Below, piece by piece: positions 39,037 to 47,889 of a stretch of 64,000 nt of DNA. Below the pieces are notes generated by a model. That model had not been told where the DNA came from, did no database searches, and worked only from the letters and a program-made list of their open reading frames with translations. The translations under genes were made by a program, and so were the position numbers. Source of the DNA: Candidatus Poseidoniaceae archaeon (lineage in GTDB: Archaea > Thermoplasmatota > Poseidoniia > Poseidoniales > Poseidoniaceae); assembly GCA_028822845.1 (NCBI GenBank), contig JAPKCS010000001.1, positions 159,964-223,963 on the forward strand. The letters run 5' to 3'. Every line of letters begins with the position of its first letter. Within the stretch, counting starts at the first letter, position 1.

Positions 39037-40263
39037 TCACATGTGTGAAATCATTGCATCGCCGAAGGCGCTGCAAGAAAGCAATGTGGCGTTATCCATC
39101 AATCGCTCGAAATCATAGGTTACAGTTCGTGCAGAGATTGCGCCTTCCATGCCTTTGACAATCATGTCAGCAGCTTCAGTCCATCCCATGTGGCGAAGCA
39201 TCATTTCAGCGGAGAGGATGATCGAACCCGGGTTCACCTTGTTCATGCCTGCATACTTTGGAGCCGTACCGTGGGTTGCTTCAAAGATTGAAATTCCAGT
39301 GTCGTAGTTGATGTTTGCACCTGGTGCAATGCCAATTCCACCGACTTGAGCAGCAAGAGCATCAGAGATGTAGTCGCCGTTGAGGTTCATTGTAGCGAGA
39401 ACAGAGTACTCAGCAGGACGGGTGATGATTTGTTGCAACATAGCGTCTGCGATGACGTCCTTGATCAGAATATCTCGTCCAGTTGTTGGATTCTTGAGGG
39501 TGCACCATGGGCCACCATCGATTTCGACTGCACCAAACTCTTCCTTTGCAACAGCGTAACCCCAATCACGGAATCCACCTTCTGTGAATTTCATGATGTT
39601 ACCTTTGTGAACCAGTGTGAGGCTTTCCTTGTCATTCTCCAACGTGTGACGGATGGCAGCACGAACGATTCTTGCTGTGCCTTCTTGGGAGATTGGCTTG
39701 ATGCCGATTCCAGAGGTGTTTGGGAATCGAATCTTGTCAACGCCCATTTCATTCTGTAGGAAGTCGATGACCTTCTTGACTTCAGGCGATCCTGCTTCCC
39801 ATTCAATTCCAGCGTAAACGTCTTCGCTGTTTTCTCGGAAGATGATCATGTCCACATCACCAGGTGCTTTGACAGGTGAAGGTGTTCCCTCGAACCAGCG
39901 AACGGGTCGCACACAAGCGAACAAGTCGAGCTTCTGTCGCAGAGCGACGTTGAGTGAACGAATGCCACCGCCGACGGGTGTCGTCAATGGTCCTTTGATC
40001 GAGACCAAACCGGTCCTCATTGCATCGAGCGTAGCCTCAGGCAACCATTCGCCAGTAGCGTTGAATGCTTTTTCTCCAGCCAACACTTCTGACCAAACAA
40101 TAGCACGTTCGCCGCCGTAAGCCTTGCTTACCGACGCATCGACGACCTTGATCATCACCGGGGTGACGTCGACTCCAATTCCATCGCCTTCGATGAAATG
40201 AATTACTGGGTCATTTGGGATGTTGAGTATGCCGTTGTCCATTGTGACTGGGGTTCCTGCCAT
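39037..40263 (-). CDS. icd: Isocitrate dehydrogenase (NADP)
   Basis: [51 protein letters not shown] and [12 protein letters not shown]. Confidence 0.97.
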   Translation of the reverse strand: MAGTPVTMDNGILNIPNDPVIHFIEGDGIGVDVTPVMIKVVDASVSKAYGGERAIVWSEVLAGEKAFNATGEWLPEATLDAMRTGLVSIKGPLTTPVGGGIRSLNVALRQKLDLFACVRPVRWFEGTPSPVKAPGDVDMIIFRENSEDVYAGIEWEAGSPEVKKVIDFLQNEMGVDKIRFPNTSGIGIKPISQEGTARIVRAAIRHTLENDKESLTLVHKGNIMKFTEGGFRDWGYAVAKEEFGAVEIDGGPWCTLKNPTTGRDILIKDVIADAMLQQIITRPAEYSVLATMNLNGDYISDALAAQVGGIGIAPGANINYDTGISIFEATHGTAPKYAGMNKVNPGSIILSAEMMLRHMGWTEAADMIVKGMEGAISARTVTYDFERLMDNATLLSCSAFGDAMISHM

Positions 40264-40292
40264 TGCAATCGATTCAACGCAGATGCATCCCC

Positions 40293-40297
40293 TTCAA
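40293..40297. promoter_or_regulatory. Candidate bidirectional TTCAA/TTGAA promoter box between icd and the OsmC gene
   Basis: Single box in a 58-nt divergent gap, at -29 to the OsmC-gene ATG and -34 to the icd ATG. Confidence 0.4.
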
Positions 40298-40321
40298 GAA
40301 TGAACCGCCCTTAGGAGTTCT

Positions 40322-40702
40322 ATGTACGGACGCGTAGATTGGACTGGTGGCGACAACCTAGCGAGCACCAATGAACGCGGCGACCGTCTTGATTTGAACT
40401 GGGAAGAAGGTCCTACGCCAATGCAAGTTGTTCTGCAGATGATCGGTGCTTGTTCGATGGCTGATGTTGTTCTTGGTTTGAAAGAACGACCCTTCACGGA
40501 AGCTTGGGTCGAGATGGATGCCACACGCGCAGAAGAGCGCCCCAAGGTGTTCACCAACATTCACATGGTTTACCACGTTCGTGGCGATGTTCCTCTGAAA
40601 CTTCTCGAGCGCATCGTCGCCAAAAGCCATGAAAAATACTGCACTGTCTCCCAGATGTTCGTCAACGTCAAGATGACGCATGCTTGTGAAGTTCACAAGT
40701 GA
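40322..40702 (+). CDS. OsmC family protein
   Basis: GPTPMQ..GACS..DV, R..ERPKVFT.IH and EKYCTVS. Confidence 0.9.
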   Translation: MYGRVDWTGGDNLASTNERGDRLDLNWEEGPTPMQVVLQMIGACSMADVVLGLKERPFTEAWVEMDATRAEERPKVFTNIHMVYHVRGDVPLKLLERIVAKSHEKYCTVSQMFVNVKMTHACEVHK

Positions 40703-40705
40703 CGC

Positions 40706-41359
40706 TCAGTTTGTCACAACTCGCAATGCTGTCAGTGAGTTCATTGCGTTAAGCAGCAGTTCCCTCAATGCATTGTACAGTGGATGCCATGCCTGCGGAA
40801 TTTGTGCTGGTGCTGCGACCGGCAAGGTTCCTTGATCGGTTGACAACACTGTGGCGAAGGGGCGAACTTCACCCGTACCGGCCATGTCGATGATCAATGA
40901 GAGGTGGTAGGCTTGCTGATCCTTGATGACTTTTGCAGTTTCGATCTTGGCGATGGCTTCAGCAGGAAGGCCACTCAACCAATCTTCACCACGTTCAATC
41001 ATTGATTGGAGTTCCTTCTTAACAAGAATTTCGAGGAGTTCCGCTACGACATCGTTGGAAAGTGGGGCCATGGGTGATGCTTGTGGAACCACTGCTTCGA
41101 GGGGGGCAACTTCGACGGGTGACTCTGTGGTTGTGCCCATCTCCAAAGAGAAGGTGGACTCACCTGCGATCAATGATTGTTCATCGTCGTCATCGTCATC
41201 CATGAAAGCAGTGAGCAGGTCTGCGTGTTGGTAGGCCTGTGGTTGTTGATTCATTGGAACGGTCTGAGCTGGAACGGGACGCACAGCGCCCAATTCAGCA
41301 AAGATATCCAACTCTTCTTCTTCGACGTGTTCTGGTGCAGATTCCCAAGGTCCCATCAT
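40706..41359 (-). CDS. Hypothetical acidic protein
   Basis: Acidic disordered N-half and globular-looking C-half; start between 41359 and 41383. Confidence 0.7.
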   Translation of the reverse strand: MMGPWESAPEHVEEEELDIFAELGAVRPVPAQTVPMNQQPQAYQHADLLTAFMDDDDDDEQSLIAGESTFSLEMGTTTESPVEVAPLEAVVPQASPMAPLSNDVVAELLEILVKKELQSMIERGEDWLSGLPAEAIAKIETAKVIKDQQAYHLSLIIDMAGTGEVRPFATVLSTDQGTLPVAAPAQIPQAWHPLYNALRELLLNAMNSLTALRVVTN

Positions 41360-41517
41360 AGTATCACTTCGATTTGTCATCACCCTAGTACATCAAAGGA
41401 TGTTTTCCGAGTCTTTTTTTTTACGAAGTTATTTCCACACATACCACCGATAGATTATCAATGAACAAGTGCATCTTAATGGCCCAAGTGTCAAAGGGGC
41501 GGGCCGATTCGGTTGAG

Positions 41518-42153
41518 ATGAAGCACATGAGGTTCTCTCCAACTCGTTCGACCGTTTTGTTAGCGGCTTTGGCGTTCATGCTTCTCTGCCTTCCAAGCCT
41601 GTCCAGCGTTCCAACGGGCGTGGGGCAAATGGGAGGCGGTGGGTGCATCTGCCACGGCGGTGATTCAGAACAAGTCGCTGTCTCCATCGTTGGCCTCCCA
41701 TCTTCGTTTGAATCGAACACCAGTTACAATCTTTCAATCTCAATTGTGAGCTCAATTTCAGAAAATGACGACGGCCACCAGGGTGGTTTCCGGTTGAGCG
41801 TGCAGGGTAATGGAACGATTGCTTTTGAAAATTCGACAGCCACCCAGGAACTCGATGATGGCTGGACACACGAGATCGATGGCACCTATCAGCGAGGATG
41901 GAATTTCACTTGGACTTCTTCGAATGATTCGATTGAACCCGTCGAATTCATCGTCCATGGCAACGCCGTAAACGGAAACAACATGTCGAGTGGAGATGCT
42001 TGGAACAGCTTTGGACGAACCATTGCCCATGTTGACAACCCAATCGAGGTGGAACAACCTGTGTTTGATCGTGAAATAGGTCTTCTCGATTGGTTGGTGT
42101 TCACCCTTGGGCTCTCCACCCTAGCGTTCTGCCTTGTTCGGGCTGTTCGTTGA
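41518..42153 (+). CDS. Secreted, C-terminally anchored Reeler/choice-of-anchor V-like protein
   Basis: Signal peptide, GCICHG, GGFRL, W.F.WTS, GNAVNGN..GD.W and a terminal TM helix. Confidence 0.7.
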   Translation: MKHMRFSPTRSTVLLAALAFMLLCLPSLSSVPTGVGQMGGGGCICHGGDSEQVAVSIVGLPSSFESNTSYNLSISIVSSISENDDGHQGGFRLSVQGNGTIAFENSTATQELDDGWTHEIDGTYQRGWNFTWTSSNDSIEPVEFIVHGNAVNGNNMSSGDAWNSFGRTIAHVDNPIEVEQPVFDREIGLLDWLVFTLGLSTLAFCLVRAVR

Positions 42154-42154
42154 C

Positions 42155-43285
42155 TCAGTTTACGAACTCGATGTGCCTGTTCTGGAGAGCTCGTAGTTGG
42201 CGGTTTTCACTCGCACCGTGGATTTGATCGCTCTTTACCCCGGTGAGCACAAGCATCACTCGAATCTCGTCGCCCAATTCTTCACGGACAGCCGCTCCCC
42301 AAATCACTTGAGCATGTGGGGATATTTGGTCGGTGATGATCTTGGCACATCTCTCTGCCTCACCAAGGGTCAGGCTTGGACCGCCGACCACGTTGATCAG
42401 GGCACCGCGCGCATCGGATGAATCAATATCAAGCAGAGGTGAATGCATTGCCTCTTCGGTTGCAGCCTCGACTCGCCCAGGACCACTTGCTTCACCCAGA
42501 CCAATCATGGCCACACCGCTGCCGTATTGGATGACGGATCGGAGATCTTCGAAATCGAGGTTGACCATGCCATCGGTCGTGAGCATTTCTGCGACACCGG
42601 TGATCGAACGGACCAACAGTTCATCGCCGACTCGAAACGCATCGCCGATTGGTAAATCCTTGACGCCTTCGATTTCGAGCAAGCGTTCGTTGGGGATCAC
42701 GAGGATGGTATCACAATGTTCACGCAATCGCTCCAGCCCCCATTCGGCATTTTGCCGTCGGAGAGCTCCTTCAGAATTGAATGGATAGGTGACCACAGCA
42801 ATGGTCATGGCCCCTTGTTGCTTTGCTAAGCGAGCGATTTGTCCAGCAGCACCGGTCCCAGAACCGCCACCCATTCCAGCAGTAATGATTGCGAGTTGGG
42901 TGTCGTTGGTGATGCGTCGAAGAGAAAGTTCCGATTCAAGAGCAGCAGCTTCTCCCTTTGTCGGGTCGCCACCTGCGCCTCTGCCACGTGCAGTTCGGCC
43001 GATCAGTATCTTTTCTTCCAAGGGTGACATCAGCAAGGCTTGAGCGTCTGTGTTGATCGCGTATCCTGTGACGTATGAATTCTTGAACAATCGTTCGTTG
43101 AACAGTCGGTTGACTGCGTTGCATCCTGCCCCGCCAACACCGTAGACACGGATCCTTGGTTGCAGTGATTCAAGCAAAGCTTGCAGTTCGACTTCAGAGT
43201 TTTCACCCATTGGTGGAGCGACGGTTTCACTTGCCGATTGTTCGGCTTCGGTTAGTTCCAAGACTCGTTCAACGAGGTGTCGCAT
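42155..43285 (-). CDS. ftsZ: Cell division protein FtsZ
   Basis: GVGGAGCN, INTDAQAL, GRGAGG.P..G, AGMGGGSGTG and NLDFEDL. ATG 43285 has a TTCAA box at -29. Confidence 0.95.
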   Translation of the reverse strand: MRHLVERVLELTEAEQSASETVAPPMGENSEVELQALLESLQPRIRVYGVGGAGCNAVNRLFNERLFKNSYVTGYAINTDAQALLMSPLEEKILIGRTARGRGAGGDPTKGEAAALESELSLRRITNDTQLAIITAGMGGGSGTGAAGQIARLAKQQGAMTIAVVTYPFNSEGALRRQNAEWGLERLREHCDTILVIPNERLLEIEGVKDLPIGDAFRVGDELLVRSITGVAEMLTTDGMVNLDFEDLRSVIQYGSGVAMIGLGEASGPGRVEAATEEAMHSPLLDIDSSDARGALINVVGGPSLTLGEAERCAKIITDQISPHAQVIWGAAVREELGDEIRVMLVLTGVKSDQIHGASENRQLRALQNRHIEFVN

Positions 43286-43361
43286 GCTGCTTTGCTTGCT
43301 GACGTGACCTTGAATGTGCCGCACCTAAAAAGGGCCAAAACAGGCTTTTCTTACCGTATGA

Positions 43362-44399
43362 TCAATCTCGGAGACCCTCTTGGGTCACCTGATAGACACA
43401 TTCGCCATCAGGGAGGTTGGGGGAGTCAACCAGTCGAGCAATACGTCGTCCAGCTTTTGCTTTACGGAGATAGAGTCTGAAGGTCGAAGCGTGAGCGAGC
43501 ACGTGGCCTCCGATTGGCTTGGTTGGGTCGCCCCACATTGCATCAGGCTTGGAATGAACTTGGTTGGTGACAAGGACAAGGGCGTTGTTGATGTCAGCAA
43601 GTTGCTTCAAATCCTTGAGGTGCCGATTGAGTTTCTGTTGGCGGTTGGCAAGCATGCCTCGTCCAATGTATTCAGCACGGAAGTGGCTTGTCAACGAATC
43701 CACGATGATCATCTTGACGTTGAGGCCTTTGCTCATTCGCTTGATTTCATCGACCAGAAGCATTTGGTGGTCTGAGTTGTAGGCACGTGCCACGTGAATT
43801 CGGGCAAGCACAGCATCGGGGTCAAGACCGTGACCTCGGGCCATTTGGGTGATTCGTTCTGGTCGGAAGGTGTCTTCGGTATCGATGTAAAATACATCAC
43901 CATCGAATCCGCCTTCATCCATAGGAAGGGTGCAGTTCACGGCGAGCTGATGCCCAATCTGGGTCTTACCGCTGCCGAAAGCTCCGTACACTTCAACGAG
44001 GGCTTGGGTTTCAAATCCGCCACCCAGCAAATCGTCGATGGATTGAACCTTTGAGGTCAGTTTCAACACTTCACGTCGTCGTTCGAGCAATGCGTCACCT
44101 GAAACGAAGCCACCGATGTTGGCCATTTTCTTAGCGGCGCCGATGATCTTGGTAGCAACTGCTTCACCGAGTTCAGCTTGGTCAGCGAGGTCCCCTGCGG
44201 ACATCACAGCGAGTGCGAGGAGGTCATCAAAGCCGGCTTCTCGCAACTTTTCAGCAGTGGCTGGTCCTACGCCAGGGAGGTCTTCGATTTGGACCTCTGG
44301 GGCTTCATCTTCCGTTGGCATCACTGGCAATGGCTGGTCTTGAAGGTCTTCATTGTTTTCAATCTCTATCGTCGCTTTCTTTTTCGATTTGGTCGCCAT
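43362..44399 (-). CDS. radA: DNA repair and recombination protein RadA
   Basis: N-terminal HhH ([12 protein letters not shown]), [37 protein letters not shown] and RLVDSPNLP. Confidence 0.97.
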   Translation of the reverse strand: MATKSKKKATIEIENNEDLQDQPLPVMPTEDEAPEVQIEDLPGVGPATAEKLREAGFDDLLALAVMSAGDLADQAELGEAVATKIIGAAKKMANIGGFVSGDALLERRREVLKLTSKVQSIDDLLGGGFETQALVEVYGAFGSGKTQIGHQLAVNCTLPMDEGGFDGDVFYIDTEDTFRPERITQMARGHGLDPDAVLARIHVARAYNSDHQMLLVDEIKRMSKGLNVKMIIVDSLTSHFRAEYIGRGMLANRQQKLNRHLKDLKQLADINNALVLVTNQVHSKPDAMWGDPTKPIGGHVLAHASTFRLYLRKAKAGRRIARLVDSPNLPDGECVYQVTQEGLRD

Positions 44400-44524
44400 T
44401 TTGGTTCACTCTCAACCCATGCTGGTCCGGCTAGGGTATATGAAAGCCCAAACGGCGGCGCGCTTCCTCTCGGCATGTTTTCAAACAAATTTCGCCATTC
44501 GAATGCGGCGCAGTAGGCGTTTTA

Positions 44525-44558
44525 TTTCACTTTTAGTTCAGATTTCGCAAGAGTGAAA
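44525..44558. terminator. Imperfect hairpin downstream of the PKD lipoprotein gene
   Basis: TTTCACTTTT (44525-44534) pairs with AAGAGTGAAA (44549-44558) with one imperfect pair. Confidence 0.3.
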
Positions 44559-44574
44559 GTGAATCGAAACCTGT

Positions 44575-45405
44575 TCAATTCCCCTCATCTTCAGGGACTT
44601 CTTCGTCAGTTGGGAACGGATTTGAGGTACTTTCTTCAGCAGCGTAAGCGATCGTCACCAAGTGGTCGATGTCAACCCGCTCTTGATCTTGACTGAGGCC
44701 GACGTCCAATGTCCAGGTGCCGGTTGCGGGAGCGAACTCATTGTGCTGCCAGTTTGCATTTTGGCCGTCTGCGATTTGTTCAGGTGGGGATTCGACCACT
44801 GCTTCGCCCTCACTGTTGTTGAGGTACCATGTGACCGTCACTGGGGACCCACCAAAGTTGAAACCGTTTTCGATGTTCTCAACGGTTGAGTCGATTTGAA
44901 TTTGTTCAGCAAGTTGACACACACAGTCAGGCGTCACGTCGATGTTCATGGTTCGTGGGTCGACCGTGTTTGTGTCTGCCCAAGTGATCTGCTTGTCGAT
45001 TCGAATGGTGATGTTCTCATAATATTCATTTCCTAAATCATCGGTCGCACCAATGGCGGCGGAAAACATTCCGTGGGTGAGGTAGGTGTAGGTGACTTCG
45101 CCCGTATCTGCAGCGTTGACGGTGACCGTGTTTGATCCATCACCAGCGTTGAACCAAAACGTCGACATGAGCCCTTTACTTGATTTGGTGTACGACAAAT
45201 CAAAGGCAACATCCACTCCGTCTTCGGACACCTGTTGGTTGTTTTGAATCGATTCGAGGATGGTCCCCGAAGTGACTTCATAGTACGCGATGAAGTCGAT
45301 TGGACCATCGTATGCTTCATCCTCAGCACCGTCGAGGCAGCCTGCGAACATTGCTGCTAGCAATACGGCACCAAGCAGCATTGGCCTGAGCGTTTGGGTG
45401 CGCAT
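44575..45405 (-). CDS. PKD/Ig-like domain lipoprotein
   Basis: Lipobox FAGC after a hydrophobic signal; PKD-like FDLSYT, WFNAGDGS and YTY..GMF.A.I.ATDD.G. Confidence 0.75.
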   Translation of the reverse strand: MRTQTLRPMLLGAVLLAAMFAGCLDGAEDEAYDGPIDFIAYYEVTSGTILESIQNNQQVSEDGVDVAFDLSYTKSSKGLMSTFWFNAGDGSNTVTVNAADTGEVTYTYLTHGMFSAAIGATDDLGNEYYENITIRIDKQITWADTNTVDPRTMNIDVTPDCVCQLAEQIQIDSTVENIENGFNFGGSPVTVTWYLNNSEGEAVVESPPEQIADGQNANWQHNEFAPATGTWTLDVGLSQDQERVDIDHLVTIAYAAEESTSNPFPTDEEVPEDEGN

Positions 45406-45539
45406 GTTCACGAGATGGGGTTCTCCTTCATCAAATCAACACCTGCACTAAAAATCAAGGTCTAATGCCTGAATTTTGGACCATGTTACGACGGGTCCCC
45501 ATCGGTGGTTTCAAAGCGGGGGAGGTCCGCCGTTTGGTT

Positions 45540-45617
45540 AACGAGGTGGGGTAGTCTGGATATCCCGTCGGGCTCATAACCCGGAGATCGGTGGTTCAAA
45601 TCCATCCCTCGTTACCA
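45540..45617 (+). tRNA. Initiator tRNA-Met (CAT)
   Basis: Acceptor stem AACGAGG/CCTCGTT with A1-U72, GGG/CCC in the anticodon stem, CAT anticodon, TTCAAAT T-loop, encoded CCA and no intron. Confidence 0.95.
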
Positions 45618-45627
45618 ACCAAATAGG

Positions 45628-46380
45628 TCAACCGTACTCATAGTAGTCGTGTTTTGGCGTAAGTGCATCAAGTGCACTTTGCAAATGGGCGTTTGCAGCA
45701 GCTTCACCGCGAAGGATCGCAGATGTTTCATCCTCGATCCGTTTTGCTTCAGATGCGCACAGCGAAGAATCACCTTTGCTGTGGGGGACCGCTCCAAGAA
45801 GAGCCTCAGCCACCTGTCCAGCGTCTACAGATTTGTTGCCTTGAGGTTCTAATTTGAACGATTCATTGGCATAAATCACAGGCCCAGAAGCAGCGGAACA
45901 CACCGCCAATCGAGTGATGAGTTTTGCTTCATAACCAATGAAACGGCATGCATCGAGGGCACTCGCTAGGTTTCCTGGTGCGAGCTTCTCAGCTCTTGTG
46001 TACGCTTTTCGGGCCTTGCGAGTTTTTCCAGCTGCAGCGAGTACGTTTCCAACACGGTGTTGATCTTCAGCCTCTGGCGTCATTTGACTGAGCAGATGAG
46101 GGGCTCCTGAGCGGAGGACCTTGACCAGTTTGCGGCGTTCTTTGAGAAGGATGCCAACGCTTGCGACCGCTCTGGCCCCTTTGCCACGTGCCACCAACAC
46201 ATCGCACAGCATCCTCAACCCTTTGACTAGCATACTTTGCTCATCAGCGGTTCGCTTCTTGCGAAGAAGGAGCATCTCTGTGAATTGTGAAGCCATGACT
46301 TCGGACATTTCCATTCGCCCGTCCAAGATATAACGCTCAAGTTGTAAGAGCGTTTGAGCGGGGTCGTCCATTCCAAACAT
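45628..46380 (-). CDS. Hypothetical helical (TPR-like) protein
   Basis: Long ORF with the TPR-like segment VGNVLAAAGKTRKARKAYTRAEKLAPGN; start uncertain. Confidence 0.7.
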   Translation of the reverse strand: MFGMDDPAQTLLQLERYILDGRMEMSEVMASQFTEMLLLRKKRTADEQSMLVKGLRMLCDVLVARGKGARAVASVGILLKERRKLVKVLRSGAPHLLSQMTPEAEDQHRVGNVLAAAGKTRKARKAYTRAEKLAPGNLASALDACRFIGYEAKLITRLAVCSAASGPVIYANESFKLEPQGNKSVDAGQVAEALLGAVPHSKGDSSLCASEAKRIEDETSAILRGEAAANAHLQSALDALTPKHDYYEYG

Positions 46381-46506
46381 GGTAGCAAAGGGCGCTACGC
46401 GTCCCACCTATTGATGCCTTTGTTCACACGATTTAGCGTGCTTCACCAGCCCCCTGTTCTGAGGTTTGTTAGGTGGATGTATTAACCCCGAGTTCCTCGC
46501 CCAACC

Positions 46507-47046
46507 ATGGATTCACACCGCATCATCGCCATTGCAGGAACCCCCGGATGTGGGAAAACCACGCTATGCACGGCCTTACACGACGCGGGTTTTGCTGTCG
46601 AAACGGTTGTCGATTTGGCTTCGAAGCATGGTTGCTTGGGCGATGAAGATCCCAGCGATGGGGCTGCACCTGTCGATGTGCATAAATTAGCAGAACTCTG
46701 GGAAGATGAATCTGATGGACTGTTGTTCGTCGATGGCCACCTTTCCCATCTTTTGGACGTCGATGCGGTTGTTCTCTTGCGATGCCACCCAGACCATTTG
46801 CGTGCGCGGTTGCAAGAGCGTGAGTATGCCGAAGCAAAAATCACGGCCAACGTCGAATGGGAAATGCTCGGTGGGACCTGGTCTGAAATGCTTGAATTTG
46901 AACTTGATACGCCGGTGCTCGAAGTGGACACAAGCGAAGCGACAAGCGAAGCATCGACCTTACAAATTCTCGAATGGATCGAGGCAGGTTGCCCGGCCGA
47001 CGGCATTGAAACCGCAGCCACCGAAGCCATCGATTGGTTGGCCTGA
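46507..47046 (+). CDS. Archaeal adenylate kinase (AK6/Fap7 type)
   Basis: GTPGCGKTT, VDGHLSHLL and LRCHP..L..RL..R.Y...KI..N. Confidence 0.88.
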   Translation: MDSHRIIAIAGTPGCGKTTLCTALHDAGFAVETVVDLASKHGCLGDEDPSDGAAPVDVHKLAELWEDESDGLLFVDGHLSHLLDVDAVVLLRCHPDHLRARLQEREYAEAKITANVEWEMLGGTWSEMLEFELDTPVLEVDTSEATSEASTLQILEWIEAGCPADGIETAATEAIDWLA

Positions 47047-47094
47047 CCACCCAAAGAACAAACACCCCCCACGAGGGCACACAGTTCGATTGGT

Positions 47095-47802
47095 ATGGCA
47101 CTTGAGAAATTCCGCGACACATGGGAGAGCATCGTTAACCCGCTCATTGACTCGATTTCAACTTGGAAACCTTCCACCCTTACATGGATTGCATTACCGA
47201 TTGGTGTCCTTGGCGGACTTGCGGTTTTAATGGCTCCAAACGATACATATGGCGCCAACATGTTGTTTGGAGGAACCCTCCTCATCACCATGGCCATCAC
47301 ATTGGATGCCCTCGATGGCCCGCTAGCTCGTAGAACAGGACAGGTCACTCGTTGGGGCGATTACCTCGATCACACCTTCGATCGCTTGCTTGATGCTGTT
47401 TGGATTGTATGCTTGGCGGGTTCAGTCTTTGTGAACGACTTAACACTCGGTTTAGCGGCGGCCTGGGTCATTCTGCTCGGCTCCTACATGGGCACTCAGG
47501 CCCAAGCGGTTGCTGGCACTCGGAATTACCGCGGATTTGGGCGCGCAGACCGCACTATTTTGACAATCATTTCAATTGCCTTGATGGGCGTGTTCATTCA
47601 CCTTGATATCGGCAGCTTCGGTACATTCCCTGGCGTGCTTGATCACATTGAAATCAACCCGATCAGTTTGGTTGTTTTGATTTCGGCTTTCGGCGGTCTG
47701 TGGACCTTTTTGATTCGTTTCGTCCAAGCCAACCATGAGATCTCTCAAATTGACCGGGACGACCCCCTGCCTCAACCAAATCAACACGAAGAATCAGAGT
47801 GA
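47095..47802 (+). CDS. CDP-alcohol phosphatidyltransferase
   Basis: Signature DALDGPLARR..G.YLDHTFDR..D. Confidence 0.92.
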   Translation: MALEKFRDTWESIVNPLIDSISTWKPSTLTWIALPIGVLGGLAVLMAPNDTYGANMLFGGTLLITMAITLDALDGPLARRTGQVTRWGDYLDHTFDRLLDAVWIVCLAGSVFVNDLTLGLAAAWVILLGSYMGTQAQAVAGTRNYRGFGRADRTILTIISIALMGVFIHLDIGSFGTFPGVLDHIEINPISLVVLISAFGGLWTFLIRFVQANHEISQIDRDDPLPQPNQHEESE

Positions 47803-47889
47803 TTCCGGCCCCCCTACGGGATGCACTGAACCGCACATTTGTCAACAAATGAGGCGGCATACTCATAACCGTAGGATGCCACAAGAACA

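Noticed and set aside
43362..44399. Intein in RadA (a known insertion host)
   Set aside because: Normal length and an uninterrupted Walker A region.
46482..47348. Long antisense or alternate-frame ORFs (also 7749-8570, 49000-49788, 61940-62677, 35803-36456)
   Set aside because: They are shadows of well-supported genes on the opposite strand, with no recognisable motifs.
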